Notes: generated by a model not told the origin, from the letters alone. A DNA stretch of 64,000 nt from Amoebidium appalachense (GCA_963693365.1 CAVNZM010000002.1:13859615-13923614), one strand, 5' to 3'; positions 40,868-57,265 are shown, counted from the stretch's first letter. Translations and numbers: made by a program.

Positions 40868-42623
40868 CATCAGCAATCTTGCGCGAACATCCAAAACATA
40901 TCAAACCCATCTAGGATATGCAACTGTATATTAATGGATATCCTTTGGATATACACACGATATGTAGGATGGTTTCAGTCGAACATATCAATACCATCCA
41001 CTGGATATATACAACATGTCTATTTCCTCCTGACCTCCAACCAATGTCCAATATATATGTAGTTGCATGCTTAGATAGTGATCAAGATATTACACCCCCA
41101 ATAGATATCACATATGGATATCCATGCTGTACCTCCATTGGGCATCGTTGTGATATCACATATCTGGATATGCAATCAATGCTTATATGGATACATAAGT
41201 GCACCTATAATGGCCATTAAATACACATTAGATGCATATGAATGCAGACATCAAACGCCATCTGGTTGGTTCGGCATGTATTGGATATTAGACAGATGCC
41301 CACAATGGATATCGACGCTGGATATCCAATGATGGAATTTCAACTGCATTCCTCCGTTGGATAGCTATATGGATATGTAACATTCTGGATATCCATTTGG
41401 ATGCTTAGCTGTATATTAGACTGGATCAGTAACAACATATCCAATACATGACTGACACGGATATCCGATCAAAATCCCCATACAGATATCAAGATATCCC
41501 TGTCGCAAGACATGCAATACACCTAACAAGTATATCCAATGGCGGTCTATAGTGGATGTCCATATTGGATATCCATTGAAATATCCAGATGGATCGCTAA
41601 TACATGTGCACTTGACCCCAACGCTAATGAACAATGCATGCCCACATTGGATACGTTCAATGGATATCCATTCCGATATCCAGATACATACGCATTTGCT
41701 TGTCCACTAGACCCTCCTATAATAACCAAAGCATGACGATTCTACATATCCAATTAGATCACCAAATATGGCTCTGACGGTTATCCATATACACCCGCAC
41801 GCTGATGTCCAATAGACAATCATACTAAGACACAATGGATAGCTATACTGGTTATCTAGGCTTAACATCCATACAGATATCTTGATACACCTGCATTTGC
41901 CCATCCACTAGACCCTAATACTAATATCCAATGCATGACGAAAATACATATCACAATAGACCCCCATACCGATCTCCAACGGCTATCCATATGCACCCCT
42001 GCTTACCCATCCAATATATGTCGATATTCATATACAATGCATCACCATTCACAATATCTAAGCTTAATATCCAACATGATATGCGGATACATATACACCT
42101 ACATATGCACTCGGCACCTATGTTGATACCTAATGCATGAAAAACAAACATATCAAAGTAGATGCCCAACCTAATGCCTAACACTTAACAAACATACATG
42201 TTTTGGGATATCCATTTACACCCGTATCTAATACTCAAAATATCACTATAACAGCCTATCTGGGTTGATACCCATACAGATAGCCAGATACATCTGTAGC
42301 TACATCTCTAGGGTATATCCACTGGATTAATTGCATAATTTTGGTACTGTATATCTGTAGCATATCTATTAGGGTGTATTTGATATGTAATAAGGCATTT
42401 CCGGATAAACATTATACATCTTTACCGATCCATCGCATAACCATATGATGGCTAATGACCACCATTGATAAATAATGTATGTCTGGTCTTATATCTATCA
42501 CATAAGTAATACTTATCCACGGCACAAAGTTACACAACCACGTTATACTCGGTTCCACAAATCAAGGGGAAGAAATAGATAAAAAGAGGAAGAAAAAAAA
42601 AAAGAAAAAATATAGTTTAGTGA

Positions 42624-44248
<1,625 letters not shown>

Positions 44249-44371
44249 ACCTGAACAGAACGTACGTCTTTTTCATACGAATGATAGCTTGCATTAATGC
44301 TTGTGTGCCCGTCAAGCCCCAACTGTCTCTAAGGACAAAAGGCGGGGTGGCGCCCGGAGAGAGCAGAGAAA

Positions 44372-44404
<33 letters not shown>

Positions 44405-44518
44405 GAAAGAGAAGGAAAATAAAGAAGAAAGTTTTTTTTTTTTTTTTTTTTTTTTGTGGGTGGTGTGAGTGTGGGGGGGGGGGGGGGGGGTTTTTGTTGT
44501 GTGTGTGTGGGAAAGGGT

Positions 44519-44561
<43 letters not shown>

Positions 44562-44735
44562 TGTGTGTGTGTGTGGAGAATGTTTGTGTGTGTGTGTGTG
44601 TGTTTGTTGGTGGGCGGGGGGGGGGGGGGGGGGGGGGGGGGGGGAGGGAAAAGGGGAAGGGGTGAGGGGGGGGGGGGGGACCGGAGGGGGGGGGGGGCAC
44701 GCCGCGATGGTGGTGTGAGTAGTAGAACTACGATT

Positions 44736-45286
44736 TGTATTTTGGCTGCAGCCCTGTACTTGGCCCACACCTCCCTAGTGACCTATATGCTGCAACCCAA
44801 AAGAGGTGCTCCCAGGCCATTGGTTCGTGGGTGGCAACAAACGGTGCACCAGATAGAAGGCACAATAGGAAAAGCGTACCCGCCGGGTGGGAAAGTGGGG
44901 GGCTTGATGGGGTTTTGTGGTGTACGGCTAAAACTCGGTGCACACGTTCCTAGCACCCATTTCCTACTTTGTACCAAGTTTCAACTGCTACTTGCTTGTG
45001 GAACACGTTATATTCATTATTTGGGGGTGCCCTGAGTAGTTGATGTTGCACATGTGGAAAAAAAACCATTTACGGGTGTAAATGTAGGGGTTGTTTTTTG
45101 GTATTTTGGTTGCAGCCCTGTAACTTGGCCCACACCTCCCTAGTACCTATATGCTGCTATTCCCAAAAGATGGATGCTCCCAGGCCATTGGTTCGTGGGT
45201 GGCAACAAAAATGCACCTAGCCACATGAGTGCATATATAAGGAAGAACGCACCCGCCGGGTGGAAATGCAGGGGGGCTTGATGGGG
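44736..45286 (+). repeat. ~180-bp diverged direct repeat (44736-44912 and 45101-45286)
   Basis: Shared gcagccctgt..cttggcccacacctccctagt..cccaggccattggttcgtgggtggcaacaa..cccgccgggtgg..ggcttgatgggg. Confidence 0.85.
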
Positions 45287-45399
45287 AAATACAAACCGTA
45301 ACACAAGCACAACACTGTGACACCCCCCTGACGTGTGTGACGACACACGGCCCACACCCACAGTCACACCCACACCAGCCCACCCACCCACCCACTCAA

Positions 45400-45521
<122 letters not shown>

Positions 45522-45678
45522 GGGGGGGGGGGGGGGGGGGGGTGTGCGAACGAGTACAGAGATATTATGAAGGTGGTCCCCCCCCCCCCCCTCACCCTTC
45601 CCCTTTTCCTCCCCCCCCCCCTCCCCCCCCCCCCCCCCCCACCAACAAACACACACACAAACACACAAACATTCTGGG

Positions 45679-45709
<31 letters not shown>

Positions 45710-45713
45710 CGAG

Positions 45714-45786
<73 letters not shown>

Positions 45787-45857
45787 AGGCACACACACGA
45801 AGAACACACACACACACATACACACACACACACACATACACACACACACAAACATTC

Positions 45858-46039
<182 letters not shown>

Positions 46040-46462
46040 GCGCGCGCGAGAGGCACACACATTGCCAGCTGCAGGAACACAGAATCCAATGGACATAGAT
46101 TCGATGGCCAATGGTGATCACGTGTGATATCTATATAAATATCCTTACATGTCCAACGTACATACACTACATAACCGTTAGGATATACAAAGGAGATCAA
46201 TCATCCTAATGTACAATTAGAGCTACAATGCATATGGTTTTGGGAACAATTACCCGTATAGAGTATGCTCAAATGGATATCCAGTGCCACGGTTGACACC
46301 AACCCCTTACCCCCCCTCCCCCCCCCCTGGGGCTCCCCCCCCCCCCCATCCCCCCCCCCCCCCCCCCCCCCCGCACTATGGCCAAGTCTGCGCACGACTG
46401 CTTTCATTGTTCATCTGAGAACGACCTCAAGTCAAGCAAATTCCATGCCGGGGACCATTGCA

Positions 46463-46590
46463 GCGACGACACCCGCCTTTTTGGTTCTGTAGAGACAGCT
46501 GAGGGCTATGAACGGGCACACAAGCATTACTGCAAGCTACCATATCGTATGACAAACAAGAACCGTACGTTCATGTTGCAGGTATGTGTG
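46463..46590 (+). pseudogene. Inverted degenerate copy of cargo exon 44251-44328
   Basis: Same splice flanks; 89 vs 78 nt owing to single-base insertions. Confidence 0.7.
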
Positions 46591-47887
46591 TGTGTCGGGA
46601 TAGGGGAGAGGAGGTGTTGCTTTGTTGGGGGGGGGGGGGGGGGGGGGGGGGTGTTGTAATACGTAGTATCTACATATGGTAAGATCTTCTCAGTTTGTGT
46701 TATGTTTCAGTTCAGATGCTTAGTGTAAAGGCTACACTCCTATTACGTAAAGTGTAGCATCGATCTCCGATATGCTCGTATACTTGTAATCGTGTTGTAT
46801 CGGCTCTAATCGTGTATTGTAATATCGATTAGAATATTTATATGTGTGTACACGGATCCACCCACTCAGGGAGAGACGTGTACATGTTCGTGTGTACATA
46901 AATATCTCTGGTTATAGTTATGCTATTACTATCTTGTTTGTTGATCTGTGCTCTCTTTTCCTTTCTCTTTCTCCTTCCTTATTTTCTTTTCTTTCTCTCC
47001 TTGTCTTCATGTGTATAATCGTGTTTCTTTCCTACTAATATATGTTAGGTAGATTTGTGTTACTTAATACGTGTTCATTGGACGGTGACACACTTAGGCT
47101 ACACTTAGAATAGCATGTGTGTTTAGACTTCATTAATTTACTTTAGTTTTCATGTGTTGCCGGGCTTTAACCAATCATCAAGGTTAAGTGTAATATGTCT
47201 GAGTCTTTGCAGTATGTCATAGGTTAGAACTTCCTTGATGATGACACGAGTTGATCTTAACTAGTGTCTGTGTCCTATCGTGTACGTCTCCGCGTACCGG
47301 ATCTCTCTGAAAGCAATTGGTTCTTAGTGATTGGTTTCTATTAGAGATAGATCTGATTTCCGACTGGTCGAAAATCATGTATGGATTGGACTTAGAGGAA
47401 TTTCAGGTATTTATTCGAAGATCAGAATAAATTCAGTTCAGTCGTGTCTAAACATTGATGTCTGTTGTGTACACTGCTCCGATCGTTCCGTGTTTTGTTG
47501 TTGTGTGTGTCTGTGGTGTTTTTACACTGCACCACTGTGTCTCTGCTTTCATCCCAAATACTTATACAATTTAATAGGGAGGGGGGAGGGGGGGGGAGGG
47601 GGGGAGGGGGGATGGGGGTTTACACACTTTTTATTGCGTGGACACTGCTGGAGGGGGTGGAGCCCCAGGGGGGGGGGGGGGGGGGGGGGTAAGGGGTGCG
47701 CGTGCGTCCGTGCACACGTGTATGTGAGTGTGCCACGCGTGTACGGTGCGCGTGGGTTTTAATTTCTGTGTGTGTATTAAAGTGCGCGCGTGCGCATCAT
47801 ATGCAGACGTACGCGTGCATGCATATGTCGACGATGTGTGTGTGTCGTTAACCCGGTGACAGTGCGTGAACGCATACGTGCATCATA

Positions 47888-47931
<44 letters not shown>

Positions 47932-49758
47932 ATGTATGGATGTGCTGTATGCGCGTAAATGAATATCCTTGCTTCTTTATGATAATATATGTGCACAGTG
48001 CTAATTAGTACTAGCGTATACGTACACATGCCATGGCGCGCGCCGGCCAGTCGGTGAAGCATGCACGTGCACATTGTTTTAATTAATATAAAAATGGAGG
48101 GGGGGGGGGGGGGGGGGGGGGGGGCTGGCCATGGCCGGGGGAACAACCTGAGTGCATATGCATGTACTGCAGCTGCACGGTGCGGGCGTACCGTTTACGG
48201 TACAGTGCATGCATGCGCGCACTAACAATATATACTTGATATCGAATACCAGTGATATTCGGATCATCGTCCGCCAGCCGCACCGTGTGCACAGATATCA
48301 TGATATATGTATTTAAATTATATGTATATTCATATATATAAATATATATAAATATAATTTATGATATATATTTATATATGTTTATATATCTATATTCTAT
48401 AATATAAATATATTACAACTTTGATGTATGTAGAACGCATGGAGGGATTATCGGCTTGACTCATCGGATTCGAACCACCATGCTTGTCCTGCTGCGTGAT
48501 TGGTGTTTTGTAATCTGATTAATGACAATCAGATTGAACCGATTTTTGTTCGGCTGTGTGATTGGTATTCATTAGTCACATTATGGATAATCCAATTATG
48601 CTCCTGTTTCTTGATTGGTCTTCTCCAATCATTAATGATTGTCCGTTATGACAGTTTTTTTCCCACCCTTCGGAGGTCAGTTTTCACTTGCACTTCCGCT
48701 GTTCAAGAAGTCTGAGCTGTAACTCCTTTCAGTTGCACCCGTGGCTTGTAAGCTAACTAGACGATGTTTTCAGAGCTACAGGCTGTGCAGGTTAGTACAG
48801 ATGCTTATGCGACTGTTGCGTCTACCTGTTTGCTGAAGGACTGGGCTTCTGTGCAACGTTCTATTCTTGCTTTTCTCCCTTGCTGTAGCCCTCCTTTCTT
48901 CTTGGTCTTTCCTGCCGCAACTGGTGCATGCTGTCGCAGTTTTACTTTCTGTCACACTGCAGCTTTTTTGTGCCCTCTGTGCTCACATCTGCATAACAGG
49001 ATGATACTTTCAAGAGTTATTTTCACCTTTGCTCTCCTCTTTCACATGCAGGGCACCATCCTCTCTGAGAGGCACCATCCTCTCTGACAGAGGCTAACGG
49101 CCGCTTGCTTTTAGAATGACAGCTTCTAAACCGAGCAGCAAGGAGGTAGGTTTTTACTGCCTGGGTTATGCCCAGCTTGGGCTGGCACCTTTTGATGTTG
49201 GTTCTTGGCAATGCCGCTTTTTGTGAAAACGTTCGTGCAATAAAGAACCCTAAGGGACCTTGCACTTATCGTTTATGGTATAGTGGTTGAGCTCTTCTGT
49301 AGGTCAGCCTGTCAGCACTTTTAGTTTTGTGCAGGTAAACACAGGGCAAAAAGCGCGCATTCTGCATCATTGTGTGCCAAGCCATGTTTTCGGCAGTTTC
49401 TACAAGTCTCTTAGACTAAGTTCATAAGGGCTGGTGCTTGCAAAACTTCTCGGCAACCATTGTTGGAAGGTTATGCCCTCCTTTGTTTCATTGTTTTACA
49501 AATGTGTGCCGTCCTTATTGCCCAGCATGTGTAGTGGGGCACCCATCTATCATGACATGTGCACGTTTGACTTTTTACCTGTGTGATAAGGTCTGTTAGC
49601 GCCCACTCCTACACGTTGCACGCAACGTACCCCACTGACACATACGAGGTTAGTCGGTAACCACTTGCTTGCATCGAAAGTTTAGAGTGCTGCTGTAGGT
49701 ATGACAATGTAAGATTCTGTCCTTTTGATGTTTTCGTGTTAAACCTCATGGGCGTTTT

Positions 49759-49815
<57 letters not shown>

Positions 49816-51000
49816 CCCAAAAAAAAAAAAAAAACTTTTCAGCTATAACATAATGGACCAGGTTATTCCCCTTATTTCCTGTTTCAAACTGCCTCTCACT
49901 TTTCCTCCTTCTTACTGGTCACGCTTCACTTTCCCCGTGCAGGCGGGAGATGGTGCACTCGGGTGAGTCTTCTAGCAAGCAGCAGCAGCGCACATGGCTG
50001 ACCGCAAGATTGTTCGGTGCTGGTACATGACTGCCAACCTCGACATTCCACATAACAATTCCACGACACTGGTACCCCCCCCCCCCCCCCCCCCTCCAAA
50101 AAAAAAAAAAAAGAAAAGAAAACACACACACACACACACACACACAGACACAGACACACACAGACACACACAGCTTCCCATCCACCTTGCCTTGAGTTCT
50201 ATCATAAACTAATTTGCTGTTTGCTGATCTCTCTTCCCACTCACTTGGTTACTTTGGTGCATCGTGTTCTGTGTGTGTGGGTGTAGTGTGCATCTGTGTG
50301 TGTGTGTGTGTGCTATATATATGTATAAACATTGTGTATATATGTCGTTGATCACCATCCCCCCCCCCCCCCCCCCCCCCCAAAACGCCTGTTCTCCCAC
50401 CTCTCCATCTCCCCCCCATCTCTCTGTATGTGCGCACATGTAGGTGTGAGTGGGCCCGGGTGTGTATGCACAATAATGTATTTTGGTTCTCAATGTATCC
50501 CTTAGTAGTCGTTATACTTGTAAAGGGTTACGTCGAGGCTTCCAGCAACCATATCCTATTACAAATTGCACGAGGGGAGGGAATGACATGTACTAACCCC
50601 CCCCCCCCCCCCCCCCCCCACGCGGGAGCAGCTCGAGGACATGCGTGTTGACGGAGTGCCATGTGATTGACCCACCACCCAGTAACGACCCTGAGGACGT
50701 CAGCAGCCACAGCCACAGCGAGGAACAAGAATCAGTGCCACAAGAGAGTCTGCGGGGAATAAGGCGACGAGCAAAGATTGGAGTACTAGACTAAGTAGTT
50801 GTCATTGTATTATGGTTAGAAATCAAGTAAATAAGCAATTATTCTTGTAGAAGTTATAAATGCGCATGTTGATACGATAGAAAATGTAGAAGTTTGGAAG
50901 TTGGATAATAGCGTTTGTGTCACATGCTCCTGGGGAGCATGATTAATTAAAGAAAAACCGTAAGTGTGCAGCCGTCATAGAACATGTGTCACCATCCCAA

Positions 51001-51040
<40 letters not shown>

Positions 51041-51796
51041 AGGGGGGGGGAGAGGGGGGGGGGGGGGGGGAAACGGGGGGAAGTGGGGAACCGGGGGGGG
51101 GGGGGGGGGGGGTGAATAGATAGAGTGATATCCATATAGACATCATTTATATATTCAGATACCTATATAGGTATATATAGAAGTGGTATACAATCAATAT
51201 CATTTCTAATATAGAATACATATTCAGCTAATAAATTCTGAATATGTGTTATGCGCATATAGAATGTCATGACTGATGTCTCATCGTCCCATAATAGGTA
51301 CGTATTATATCCTAATTGTATGTCTATCTACATATGTATTTCCATATCTAGCTGATATCCAGATGTGGTTCGAAACCTGAGCTGTATATCCATTCGATCT
51401 CATTTGTGCACATTTTAAGCATGTTACATATATATAGTGCATATCACATTGGATATAATATTGGGCAGGTTACCTGTCACTGGGTCCCTTCGTCACATAT
51501 CCATTATATATGTTGTGCATGTGTATTTGCATATCTAGTGTTCGATATCCACTGGATATCACGTTTCCCGTGGATATCTAGTGGATCCCTAACAGTAGTT
51601 ATCCAATGGATATCAGGGTTTTAACAGATATCTATATACATATTAGCCGTAGATATCCAAGATTAATATCCATTTATATTTACATATCTTAAACCCATGA
51701 ACTGGATGTAGGGTTATGTTCAGGATGGGTTTGAGTATATGGATATCTTCAATGTATCTTTTATGGGTTCCGGATGTTTCGGCAAGATTGCTGATG

Positions 51797-52589
51797 TTCG
51801 TGCCCTAATGTTGTAAGGGGTGTGCCAGAATATACAACAATAGTGCACGAGTTGGCATATGCATTTCGCACGCACGTGCACAGCACGATACTTCATTAGT
51901 TGCACATCTTTGGTTTACACAGGTTGCACGAGCACATAGCATACATAGTTAGGTACGATAGTTTATTTGTGCTTTATCTCCCTTTATTTCATAAGCATGT
52001 CCGGCATGCTCTTGTTTGCCCTCTGTTATTCATTAGGCACGTGTGGTATTCATAGTTTGTTTAGCTATTGGCGATAGCGAGAGGAAAGCACGCATCCGAC
52101 GATTGTTGTGCATGCTTTTCATGTTTTCTGTGTAGTCGGGTGTTTTGTCTGCGATTGGACCGTATGAGGGGAATGCAGTTTGATTTCCGTTCATGTACGT
52201 GTCGTTATATGATTGGTCAGATTTATAGTATTCATAGTATTTGCCAATCAGATGCGCAAATACCTTTGGATAGATCTGTATTCATGGAATCTGCCTGCGG
52301 CAGATAAATAGGTGAGAATCGAGCATAATAAATTAGACGTAGATTGACAGAACATGCAACTGTGTTTCTACCTCTCCACACTACCCTCTCTGTTAGTGCT
52401 GTGGCATCGTGCATTGCCCAGCACCACTCTGCACGTGTTTATGTCTGTTAGTTTAGTGGCCTGATCACCCACGTATACTCTCATTCATATGCATGTGTGC
52501 CTAGGTACGTGTTAGTTGTAGTGTGTACACTCTGCTAGTCAGGCGAGAATAGTAGGGGCTTTTGCCCGTAAGTCAGCACTTTTCTTGCA
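51797..52589 (+). repeat. Copia 3' LTR, right piece
   Basis: Ends with the 72-bp sequence shared with the 5' LTR remnant; contains CCAAT boxes at ~52150-52250. Confidence 0.7.
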
Positions 52590-53713
52590 AGCACCCCCCC
52601 CTCCCCCCGGCACACCAATGCCCCCGGGCAATTCCTGATGAGTTAGTGCATGTATGTGGGGGGCCAGGTCTGTGGCCACCCTGCCCCCCACGGTGTTGGT
52701 TAACCCGTCAGATCCACGGGTTAGACCAACACCCTCCCCCCCTGCCTGCACATTCTCACACCCGGGGTGACCCTCCTTCCTCTTGGGGGTCGGGGGAGTG
52801 GGACCGGTGCTGTCCCGGTCCCCCCCCCCATCGTGTCGGGTGACATTTTGGTGGCTAACGTTAAATAAAGTTGTTCCCCCTCCTCCTGAGTCACCCTTCG
52901 AGCCGGCATCCTCCTTTTGGGTAATAAGAGAGACCTCTATACTACCAATCTCATTAGTGAAACTACCGACGGAAACACCTGACCTAATCACTATAGGCTC
53001 GATGCCCGGATTCACTAATTCTATTTCTATTGTCTTATCCGGCCATACCCTGCTAAGGGTCCATTGGGCCACCTCCTGAAATGGGGTTTTCGGAGTAAAA
53101 ACCCCTAAATCCCCTATCCTAACATGATTGCCGGCCCGGACACGTACCGTTTGGCACTGATAAGGCTCGATTACTACTTCAGCTACCGTTCTAGCACCAG
53201 ACTGATAACCGTCGAGCCCATCATGGGTTTTAATTTTAACGCCGGACTGCAATTCTAAAACATTCGTACGTTCAAAGCATTCACATGTCTACGGAAAAAT
53301 GGGGCTCCCAACAAAACACTTTGCGCTAAATCCTTAACCACATAACAAGCAATATGCATAGCCTGGCCACCTATCTCACACGGCAACACACAAACACCTT
53401 CCACCGACATACTACTACTATTAGCACTACCTAAGGCTGTGCTAGAAGCATCTAAAATAGGAATTTCCCCCCCGGCCTGATTAAAACGACGAATAAACGA
53501 AGCATGCACACAATTAACCTGAGCCCCTCCATCGAGCAAAGCAACAGCCTTCAACTTACCATCAGCTAACCATACGTCTATATAATGCCGGCTAAAACCA
53601 ACTAAATCCTCCTCCAATTCAAGCAACACATCATCACTCACACCCAATCCCTGCCCCCGAAGACTCACACCCTCGATACCTACGTGCAACATACCTACCT
53701 GTGGTGCCTGCAC
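52590..53713 (-). pseudogene. Gypsy aspartic protease plus downstream beta-rich (dUTPase-like) segment, frameshifted at ~53265
   Basis: AVALLDGGAQVNCV ... VLLGAPFF; then VVIEPYQCQTVRV...IELVNPGIEPIVIRSGVSVG. Confidence 0.75.
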
Positions 53714-54275
53714 GGGTGGGGTGGGGTGTGTATGTGGTGTGGGCGGTGGTGGAGTGTGTGTGTGTGATGTGTGGGTGGGTGGTGTGTGTGTGTTTGGTGT
53801 ATGTGTGGGTGTGTGTGTGGGTGTAGGTGTGTCTGCAACCGTCGTATGTTGTTGTGGTGGTGTGTTTCTACGTGTCTGTGCCTTCCCCCCCTTCCCCCTT
53901 TACTCGTGTGTGTCCCCCCCCTCCCGGAAACAATGGCACAGAAACCCCCTCCGGTGTGGTTAGAATAAACACCGGGTTGGGACAAGAAACACTGAGACCA
54001 TCCACTTGTGGCTGGGGAACCTCCCCCAACCACAAAACATTCACACCATTCATACCTTTGGTAGAGTCACCCCACAAACATTCATGCCATACCACCTCGA
54101 CGCTGTCTTGAGGACCCACGACGATGCCCGGCTCCCACACGTATCGGGGCGGTGAGGGGGCAAAGGGAAGCTTAACCTGGGGTGGGGGAGGGTAAAGGTT
54201 CTCTGCAACCTGGGGGGGACCGATACTGTCCCCCCCCCCTCCCTCAGTGACCCCAGCTTCCCCCTCCCCCGGAAC

Positions 54276-55610
54276 TCAATAGCTCTTGTAACTACGGCAA
54301 TATGCAGCAGAGTGCCCTTGTCGGCCACAAAAGTAACATGCACCAAAGAAGGGGCCAGGGGGGACTTCAAAACCTTGGCGCAAAGCATAACCGGGAGCCC
54401 GGTCATGCTGGGGGGGCCCACCGTGTGCACCACGGCCCCCCCTTCCCCCCTGCCCCCCTCGGCCTCTCTCACCACCATTTCCACCCCTCCCTCTACCCTG
54501 CCCACCACCACGAGCAAGATAAGGGGCAAACCTCTCGGTGAACTGCTGCTGTTGTCCTCCACGTCCACCTCGGCCACGACCGCCGTGTCCACCCCGGTCG
54601 CCGCCACGGCCACCCCGGAAGCCGAAGCCCCCTCGGCCAGAGAAGACGGCCTGGGAGAGCTCGGCAACCTGCTTGACCAACATGGTGAGTGCATCTGGCT
54701 GTTCACCCTCTTTTTTCTCTTTTTCCCCCTTCTGTCCACTCTCCTTCTTTTTCTTGTCTACTTCCATCACCTCCTTTTTATCCCTCTTATTGAACTTCAC
54801 CTCGTGCATGGCAAGCAAGTGACGTTTAACATGCAACACCACCTCATCTACATCATCATGCTCCCCAAACATGCGTGCAGTGTCTGTGTTTACAGAGAGA
54901 GCCTTACGAGCAAACTCGAATTTTTCCCTATCACTCACGTCACCAGCTAACTCACAAAGGTCTTCAAAGACCCGATATTCCCTCTCAAAGAATGCACGAG
55001 CTTCTACGGGGGACATATCTAAAGTGGGAAAGGTATACTTCCATTCTCTGAGCTGGGCCCGGAAGGTACGGCGCCGGTCGGCCGTCAGGTATCGGCCGAC
55101 GAGCCGGGCCGTATACTCGAGCTCGTTTTCCGGCCGTGTGAAGGCCTCGAGCTCCCCGTCCACGTCGTCGGTGCTGTTCTCGTCCTCGTCGTCGGGGATG
55201 AACCGTGTGGCCAGACGTTTCTGGCCGAGTGTCCGGGACACCATCTCGTCCCTCCCCTCGTCATACTGCTGCTCGTATATACGAGCCGTCACCTGGGGGG
55301 CCTGCTCGGCCCGGTACGGGTGCTCCTCCATCAGGGTGCATAAGTCGGCCATTGTTTTGTGGTCGATGCACTGTTTGATCATTAAGCACGAGGCCGCCAC
55401 AGTGGGGGCCTTCTTTGTGTCTAACACTAGTGTGGGTGTGTTAGCTAGGAGTGTCCTAAGCCACCTAGGTATTTCCGAGTCGTGTTTGAGTGTAAAACTG
55501 AAAGCTGTGGTCTGTCTAACGTCTAGTGTATGAACCTGTGGTACCTGTGTGTGCAGGGAGCTATCCTCCGCTGCCAATGCGTAGAACATGTCTACGTTAA
55601 ACTTAGCCAT
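54276..55610 (-). CDS. gag: Gypsy Gag with RGG-rich tract and CCHC knuckle
   Basis: Likely start MAKFNVD at 55610; CYFCGRQGHSAAYC. Confidence 0.8.
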   Translation of the reverse strand: MAKFNVDMFYALAAEDSSLHTQVPQVHTLDVRQTTAFSFTLKHDSEIPRWLRTLLANTPTLVLDTKKAPTVAASCLMIKQCIDHKTMADLCTLMEEHPYRAEQAPQVTARIYEQQYDEGRDEMVSRTLGQKRLATRFIPDDEDENSTDDVDGELEAFTRPENELEYTARLVGRYLTADRRRTFRAQLREWKYTFPTLDMSPVEARAFFEREYRVFEDLCELAGDVSDREKFEFARKALSVNTDTARMFGEHDDVDEVVLHVKRHLLAMHEVKFNKRDKKEVMEVDKKKKESGQKGEKEKKEGEQPDALTMLVKQVAELSQAVFSGRGGFGFRGGRGGDRGGHGGRGRGGRGGQQQQFTERFAPYLARGGGQGRGRGGNGGERGRGGQGGRGGRGAHGGPPQHDRAPGYALRQGFEVPPGPFFGACYFCGRQGHSAAYCRSYKSY

Positions 55611-55648
55611 TGTGTGGTGTGTGCCCGAACTCGTGTGGTGGTGTTTAT

Positions 55649-55684
<36 letters not shown>

Positions 55685-56486
55685 CTGTGTGTTTGAGGTG
55701 TAGCAACAGCCCAGAAGGAACTGTCACCGCGTTACCCTAGCGCGAAAAACCGCACTAAAAGAAAGGTGTAGCTTGTCGTATCCTAATGTATGTGTACTAG
55801 AGACGCGGCACTCTACTAAGTGTACACACACGAAAAGGAACGAACGTGTACGGAAAAACGGTAAAGTTTATTCAGACCAGGCTCCGACGGGCAAACTTAG
55901 ATCCGTACGGAATGAGTCTAAGTTACGACTGAGGCCATCAAGGCCGTGCCCTCAAAGATCATCATCACCTGGCCCCCTACGATGCCACATTCCAAACATT
56001 CCGATCTACTTTTATCGTGCGCCTGCACGAGCTAAGTCGATCTACTCAACTAATATATTTATCCATGTCTCACCCCTCACCCTCCCCCTAGTGGCACCGC
56101 AGAGTCTAAATCTACATTTCATATTATCCTCCCCCCCCCCCTCCCCCCTTTCCTTTACATCTAAATATATAAATACGTTTGGCAACATACACTATCAAAC
56201 CTTGCCAATACTTACAAAAGGGCTTCTGCCCGAACAATCACATTCCTAAGTCCTCCTACGATCTATCCTACACACTAATTAGAATTCTATTGGACGGCTG
56301 TCCCGGCTGACGTGGTCCAATGCCCTGCGCCGGCAGAGGCAAGATGCACGCAGCTGTACAGCTATCTTGAGGCCCCGGACTTGATCTTGATGATCTGTGG
56401 ACCCGGGCCACCCCCCCCCCCCCCCCCCCCCGATCTCGATCGTAGACTTAGGCTAATCTGCTGAGACGGATTAGTATATGTCAGGA

Positions 56487-56860
<374 letters not shown>

Positions 56861-56984
56861 CTCTACACCTCCACACACATGTACAGAGACCCACACGATC
56901 CGCTTATACAACATTATATTTTTAGAAATAGCAAGTATTAATTTTAGTGTAATTAATATTCGTTTCGAGATGCTTCGAGGATAT

Positions 56985-57265
56985 CCCTAATATTGCTTAA
57001 CAGTTACCTCGAGTACGCCGACGAATGGGCAGCTGCTAGCCAAGTGTACATTGGCCAATCAGATGATGCGGAGCCGAGAGAAAACGAAATCCAGCACAGC
57101 AGTGACAGAGGATAAATGAAGATCAGTAGTCATGTTGGGGTCAAAGCTCTGACCTATCGGCTTTTGTCATTTTTACGCGCTTTGGTTTTCCTTTCATGTA
57201 GTTGTTGCGTAGCCTTTGTTTCATTTTTTTTGTGGTTGGCTTCACTTGATGTGGGCTTTTTTTTT

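Larger units (their letters stand above)
52590..56483 (-). mobile_element. Ty3/gypsy-type LTR retrotransposon, 5' part only
   Basis: Putative LTR ~56483-55988, PBS-like TGGCATCGTAGGGG at 55987-55973, gag, protease; cut exactly at the copia LTR end. Gypsy assignment rests on protease style because RT and INT are absent. Confidence 0.7.

Noticed and set aside
46378-46460. hAT dimerisation-like LWPSLRTTA..SS
   Set aside because: Lacks ERxFS and any catalytic region; too weak to call.
48467-48477. tRNA/SINE B-box GGTTCGAATCC on the minus strand
   Set aside because: No T-stem, A-box or cloverleaf.
48720-49700. Transposase or LINE remnant within the TIR element
   Set aside because: Coding-like composition but many stops and no motif I can recognise.
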